DNA of 45,767 bases from IMG/VR virus record IMGVR_UViG_2519103024_000003; one strand, given 5' to 3'. The position numbers and the translations under genes were made by a program. A model generated the notes under the pieces. The model was given only the letters and a program-made list of their open reading frames with translations. It had not been told where the DNA came from and did no database searches. Source of the stretch: a virus (Duplodnaviria > Heunggongvirae > Uroviricota > Caudoviricetes). Shown here piece after piece: positions 40,886-45,767 of this stretch. Within the stretch, counting starts at the first letter, position 1. Each line of letters opens with the position of its first letter.

Positions 40886-41248
40886 ATGGCTAGCGAACGC
40901 AGTACTGATGTGCGGGCATTTATCGGGGAGCTGGACGGCGGCGTATTTGAAACCAAAATCGGCGCAGTTCTCAGTGAAGTCGCTTCAGGTGTGATGAACA
41001 CGAAAACCAAAGGTAAGGTCTCACTCAACCTGGAAATCGAACCATTTGATGAGAACCGTGTGAAAATCAAACACAAACTCTCATATGTTCGCCCGACTAA
41101 CCGCGGGAAAATTTCCGAAGAAGACACCACCGAAACGCCGATGTATGTCAATCGCGGTGGTCGCCTGACTATTCTGCAGGAAGACCAGGGACAATTACTG
41201 ACTCTTGCCGGTGAACCTGACGGAAAACTCCGCGCAGCAGGTCATTAA
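40886..41248 (+). CDS. YfdP-like prophage protein (about 120 aa)
   Basis: ATG at 40886 with AGGAG SD; recalled as the CPS-53 yfdP family preceding yfdQ. Confidence 0.5.
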   Translation: MASERSTDVRAFIGELDGGVFETKIGAVLSEVASGVMNTKTKGKVSLNLEIEPFDENRVKIKHKLSYVRPTNRGKISEEDTTETPMYVNRGGRLTILQEDQGQLLTLAGEPDGKLRAAGH

Positions 41249-41313
41249 TATCGTTCTTAATTAACCGATTATTTATCTCATCACTGAATATCTTTATATA
41301 GTGAGGACTTATT

Positions 41314-42138
41314 ATGTCTCAGAACTTAGACGCAACCGCAATTAATCAAATCCATGCCCTTATTTCTGCTCAGGGTGTTAATGAAATTATCAGTAAGATT
41401 GGTGCCGATGCTGTGGCATTGCCTGAGAATTTCCGCATTCATGATCTGGAAAAATTTAATTTAAATCGCTTCCGTTTCCGTGGTGCGCTTTCCACTGCCA
41501 GCATCGATGACTTTACCCGTTATTCTAAAGATCTTGCAGATGAAGGCACCCGCTGCTTTATCGATGCCGATAATATGCGAGCAGTCAGTGTGCTTAACCT
41601 GGGTACTATTGATGAACCAGGTCACGCAGATAACACCGCCACTCTCAAACTGAAAAAGACAGCACCGTTCTCTGCCCTGTTGTCTGTTAACGGCGAGCGT
41701 AACTCCCAGAAGTCACTGGCAGAATGGATTGAAGACTGGGCCGACTACCTTGTGGGCTTTGATGCTAATGGTGACGCCATTCAGGCAACCAAAGCGGCTG
41801 CGGCGATCCGTAAAATCACAATTGAAGCGAACCAGACCGCTGATTTTGAAGATAATGACTTCAGCGGCAAACGCTCCCTGATGGAGTCTGTCGAAGCGAA
41901 GACCAAAGACATTATGCCAGTGGCATTTGAATTTAAATGCGTTCCGTTTGAAGGTCTGAAAGAACGTCCGTTTAAATTACGCCTCAGCATTATCACTGGC
42001 GATCGTCCTGTACTGGTTCTGCGCATTATTCAGCTGGAAGCGGTGCAGGAAGAAATGGCTAACGAATTTCGTGATCTGCTTGTTGAGAAATTCAAAGACA
42101 GCAAAGTAGAAACCTTTATTGGTACTTTCACCGCCTGA
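41314..42138 (+). CDS. YfdQ-like (DUF2303) protein
   Basis: 274 aa; recalled similarity to CPS-53 YfdQ. Confidence 0.55.
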   Translation: MSQNLDATAINQIHALISAQGVNEIISKIGADAVALPENFRIHDLEKFNLNRFRFRGALSTASIDDFTRYSKDLADEGTRCFIDADNMRAVSVLNLGTIDEPGHADNTATLKLKKTAPFSALLSVNGERNSQKSLAEWIEDWADYLVGFDANGDAIQATKAAAAIRKITIEANQTADFEDNDFSGKRSLMESVEAKTKDIMPVAFEFKCVPFEGLKERPFKLRLSIITGDRPVLVLRIIQLEAVQEEMANEFRDLLVEKFKDSKVETFIGTFTA

Positions 42139-42265
42139 TTTCATTACTGCAAATGCCCCTGCGGGGGCATTTATGTCAACATAATTTACCCAATAATCGC
42201 CAGATGGTGAGGGCTTCCTTTTACCAGAATTCAGCACGGTGCAACGCATATACGTGGAGAACAAA

Positions 42266-42802
42266 ATGTCATTTATTAAAACTTTTTCCGGGAAGCATTT
42301 TTATTATGACAGGATAAATAAAGACGACATCGATATTAACGATATCGCGGTTTCCCTTTCAAATATCTGTCGCTTTGCCGGTCATCTTTCACACTTCTAC
42401 AGCGTCGCCCAACATGCGGTGCTTTGCAGCCAGCTGGTACCGCAGGAATTTGCTTTTGAAGCGTTAATGCATGATGCAACAGAAGCGTATTGCCAGGACA
42501 TCCCCGCACCACTGAAACGCTTTCTTCCTGACTATAAACGGATGGAAGAAAAAATAGACACAGTAATCCGTGAGAAATACGGGTTACCCCCGGTTATGAG
42601 TACACCCGTGAAATATGCCGATCTCATCATGCTGGCAACCGAACGCCGCGATCTCGGGCTTGAGGATGGCTCTTTCTGGCCAGTACTGGAAGGCATCTCT
42701 GCCACAGAGATGTTCAAAGTTATTCCACTGTCGCCAGGCCATGCCTACGGGATGTTTATGGAACGCTTTAACGAGTTATCGGAGTTACGCACATGCGCAT
42801 GA
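42266..42802 (+). CDS. YfdR-like HD-domain protein
   Basis: ATG at 42266 with GGAGAA SD; His/Asp motifs (HFYSVAQHAVL...HDATEAY) consistent with an HD fold. Confidence 0.6.
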   Translation: MSFIKTFSGKHFYYDRINKDDIDINDIAVSLSNICRFAGHLSHFYSVAQHAVLCSQLVPQEFAFEALMHDATEAYCQDIPAPLKRFLPDYKRMEEKIDTVIREKYGLPPVMSTPVKYADLIMLATERRDLGLEDGSFWPVLEGISATEMFKVIPLSPGHAYGMFMERFNELSELRTCA

Positions 42803-42836
42803 GTCTTTCAACTGAACAACCGCTGGAGGGGTAGCA

Positions 42837-43031
42837 ATGAGCAACTTAATGACAACAAAACAAGTCGCCGAATTCTGTGGCGTTTCAATATCGACGGTGC
42901 TTCGCTGGAACAGCGTAAACAGGAGGACAGGCCAGAAATACAGGCCAGATTTTCCAGATCCTGATATTAAATCCTGCCCAAATAAATGGGCATCACGCAA
43001 AATATACAGATTTGCTGGAGTTATTGAGTAA
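42837..43031 (+). CDS. AlpA/Xis-type excisionase or regulator (MerR-like HTH)
   Basis: 64 aa; LMTTKQVAEFCGVSISTVLRW is typical of AlpA-family HTH proteins. Confidence 0.65.
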   Translation: MSNLMTTKQVAEFCGVSISTVLRWNSVNRRTGQKYRPDFPDPDIKSCPNKWASRKIYRFAGVIE

Positions 43032-43305
43032 TGAGAGTTAGCCAAGAGGTGAGATAATATCCATCTATGGCACAGAACTAAACATAATCTGACTATATGC
43101 TCTGTGCCAAAAACAGATGTTATATCATGTATTGTATGCTCATCCTGCAAAATATAAATTCCGCAGATACCCCTTACCTCTGAATATTAATCCACAATGG
43201 ATGCGACAAAAAAGATTTTGAGTTGGCATCAGGCGAAATATTAATAATTATAATACCCCATGCACAATGCCATCTGAGTCATCATATCCTGGTCTCTATC
43301 AATAT

Positions 43306-44373
43306 TTATCTTGCCATCAGAAAAATCCAACACAAAGAAATGATGAAATTTCGGCGGAACAACTTTAGAGTAAAAGCAGAAATACTCATTATTCCTTTCA
43401 TATTGAAAATTAACGTATATTTTTTAATTTTTTTATTTTCCACCAGGTCCATAAACATTTTATTTAAATCTGACCTTTTACTTTCCTTGTCATCATCTTG
43501 AAGCTTAGGATCAAAGTAACGTATTAAGCAGTTTTCAATAATTCTCCCCTCATTATCAACATCAATTTCATCCAGTAGAGAATTTGAAATATTAAAGACC
43601 ACATTACATTTATTATTCAGAGATATAATCCTTGGATTAAATATACTAAAACAAACAAAAAAATCATTATCGTCATTTGAAACGCTATACAGCATCTTTG
43701 ATAAGCCACGGTGAATAAAATCAACAGGGCGCCGATGCGGATGACGTGTATATCCTACGTAATGCACTTCTGTATGAATTCCTAAATCAATATAATGTCC
43801 GTTTACGAAATCATGAACTGACATCACACATAAATTGCCATTTTCATATTCAATGTAGAGAAACTTCTCAGTTACTCTAACATTTGGAGTTACCTTCACT
43901 ACCCCATTCTGCGTAAACGTGCAAAAGGAATATTTTATCCGAAGCTTTCGCTCTTCTTTGCCAATCAACAGAGTGAATACTATATTTTTTGTGAATGGGT
44001 TATACCTAGGCTGTTTCTTGGTTGAAAACCTCACTTTTTTTCTTGAACCTAAGAAATAAATAAATCTCTTTTCACAGCTTTCCCTCGTATATTTTTCCAT
44101 AATTCTGAGATAGTTCTTTATTATCTTATTTGTTCTTATATCATCAGGAGGATTAATTATCATATCATACCAAATACAATCGGTGTTAATGAGATCAATC
44201 CACAATGACTTATCGGCTTCTGAGAAAACCACGTTAGAGTTTATAAAATCAAAGTTTCCGCGAGTCATAAAACACTTCATCACATTAAAAATCACCTGCA
44301 CATAATAAATTAAGTAGCAGAAGGTTCGCAAACCCTTGCTTCTGTTTGTGCTATGATATTTTTCATAATTCAT
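43306..44373 (-). CDS. AT-rich orphan protein (355 aa), unknown function
   Basis: Long ORF in a 25-30% GC island between xis and int; Lys/Asn/Ile-rich; no recognised domain. Confidence 0.6.
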   Translation of the reverse strand: MNYEKYHSTNRSKGLRTFCYLIYYVQVIFNVMKCFMTRGNFDFINSNVVFSEADKSLWIDLINTDCIWYDMIINPPDDIRTNKIIKNYLRIMEKYTRESCEKRFIYFLGSRKKVRFSTKKQPRYNPFTKNIVFTLLIGKEERKLRIKYSFCTFTQNGVVKVTPNVRVTEKFLYIEYENGNLCVMSVHDFVNGHYIDLGIHTEVHYVGYTRHPHRRPVDFIHRGLSKMLYSVSNDDNDFFVCFSIFNPRIISLNNKCNVVFNISNSLLDEIDVDNEGRIIENCLIRYFDPKLQDDDKESKRSDLNKMFMDLVENKKIKKYTLIFNMKGIMSISAFTLKLFRRNFIISLCWIFLMAR

Positions 44374-44531
44374 CGATTGGCATCCCTACATCCTTAGTCC
44401 CACAGTAACCCAATAAACCATCAAACTCCTGCCGACACCCCAAATACTGAAGCTACCGGTTAACGTAGTCTGGCTAAAAACCCAGTACACAAGGTATCCG
44501 CAGCGGACTGGCAGATATGATTACGCTCTGG

Positions 44532-45767
44532 CTACGCAAACTGTCCGTTGGAGATTAAGTCAGTACAAGTAACGATCGATTCAACCCTCTCCCACCATGC
44601 CCAGTAAGCTTTACGCTGTTCTTCTAGATAATCGCTCTTATCATAAACTTGCCATACACCTGGCAGTTTATGACCAAGCATTATTTCAGCAATATGAGGA
44701 GCAGTAAGATCAGAAAAGTTTGTTCGTGCTGTTCGTCTCAAATCATGAAGAGACCAATGAGGAAATTGATACCCCAAACGTCGCCATGCGAACTGCATTA
44801 AATTGTAAGGCAGCGACTGCAATGATGTCCGACCAACTGGCTCCCTGCTTCCTTCCTTAGTAAAAAGCATATCGGAACCGTTGTTCATAGAGATAACGTA
44901 TTTTATAAGCTCTTCAACCGGTTCAATAATGGGCCGCTTTAGCGGTTCGCCTGTTATGTCCCCAGTCTTATGTCGTTCTGGTGGTACAGTCCATACCTTA
45001 TTTATGAAATCAAAATCATCCACCCTAGCAGTAATTAGCTCTGAACTACGGCAACCAAAATGCAGCAATAGTTTAATGAAGGCTCGGTATTTAGGAACCA
45101 TTCGAGAACCATCGATCGCAGCATAAAGGATGTTAATTTCATCATGTGTCAGAAACCGTTTTTTCTGACCTTTACGGATATCCATATCTTTACCCGTGAT
45201 ATCCGACAGTGGGCGAGTTTCAATGAGCTTTCTCTTATACGCCCAGACATGAGCCTGCTTTGCGTTAATTAGCAATCGGTCTACTATTGCTGGAGTCTTG
45301 GTGCTAAGAGGCTCCAGGACTTCTAACCAATCATGCAATGTAGCTGCATCGTGAGGGATATTCCCGATTTTAGAGAACAGGTGCAGCTCAAACGAGCGGA
45401 GTATCTGTTCAGAACCTTTTTTATTTTTTACACAATATGCTTCATACCAGGCACGGATCACAGACTCTACCGTCATGGCTTCAGTAGCTTTTCGTTTTTC
45501 AGCCTGCTTGACTAATCGTGGATTGCGGCTTGACTCGAGTTCACCACGGAGACGGATAACTTCTTCTCTGGCCTCTTTTAATCCAGTTGCCGGGTAAGTT
45601 CCGATATCAAGGCGCTCACCTTTCCCTGCCCATTGATAACGATATTGGAACACTACGCGACCTTTCGGTGATACTCTGACAGACAGACCATCACGATCGG
45701 ATTTAACCAAAACCTTATCACGTTCCTTTCCAACGACTGAACGCAACCACGCATCAGACAGCGCCAT
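44532..45767 (-). CDS. int: Tyrosine-type site-specific integrase (P4-like)
   Basis: 411 aa; N-terminal MALSDAWLRS; C-terminal catalytic region with conserved Arg/His/Tyr context (HDLRRT..., ...LGH...Y). Start coincides with the window edge. Confidence 0.9.
   Translation of the reverse strand: MALSDAWLRSVVGKERDKVLVKSDRDGLSVRVSPKGRVVFQYRYQWAGKGERLDIGTYPATGLKEAREEVIRLRGELESSRNPRLVKQAEKRKATEAMTVESVIRAWYEAYCVKNKKGSEQILRSFELHLFSKIGNIPHDAATLHDWLEVLEPLSTKTPAIVDRLLINAKQAHVWAYKRKLIETRPLSDITGKDMDIRKGQKKRFLTHDEINILYAAIDGSRMVPKYRAFIKLLLHFGCRSSELITARVDDFDFINKVWTVPPERHKTGDITGEPLKRPIIEPVEELIKYVISMNNGSDMLFTKEGSREPVGRTSLQSLPYNLMQFAWRRLGYQFPHWSLHDLRRTARTNFSDLTAPHIAEIMLGHKLPGVWQVYDKSDYLEEQRKAYWAWWERVESIVTCTDLISNGQFA

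Overview
The whole window lies inside a lambdoid (Qin/Rac-like) enterobacterial prophage, with most genes on the minus strand. All calls rest on reading the supplied ORF translations and DNA and on recalled family resemblance; no search was run. Left to right: a ydfK-like gene and a Pin invertase; a side-tail-fibre module whose stf gene is broken by an IS2 insertion (5-bp GCATG target duplication) and a frameshift in a tandem repeat; lom; tail genes J, K (I masked), L, M, H, G/T, V, U, Z; head genes (FII-like, DUF2190-like, protease-capsid fusion, portal, W, terminase large and small); a cos-like site; small accessory genes (gnsB-like, cspI-like); a lysis cassette (Rz/Rz1, SAR endolysin, pinholin) split by an inserted gene pair; cspB/cspF-like genes; antiterminator Q with a PR'/tR'-like unit; nin-type genes (DUF968, KilA-N, RusA, LexA-like, Dam-type methylase); early genes; cII/YdaT-like, cro-like and a divergent CI repressor with shared operators; a promoter-to-terminator structured non-coding region; YfdP/Q/R-like genes; an AlpA-type excisionase; an AT-rich orphan gene; and a tyrosine integrase. 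Two N-masked blocks (4015-4691, 9632-11830) hide parts of IS2 and the K/I/J genes. The best candidates for something undescribed are the AT-rich orphan ORF between xis and int (43306-44373), the structured non-coding unit where gene N would normally sit (40235-40750), and the insert between holin and endolysin (29278-30043).
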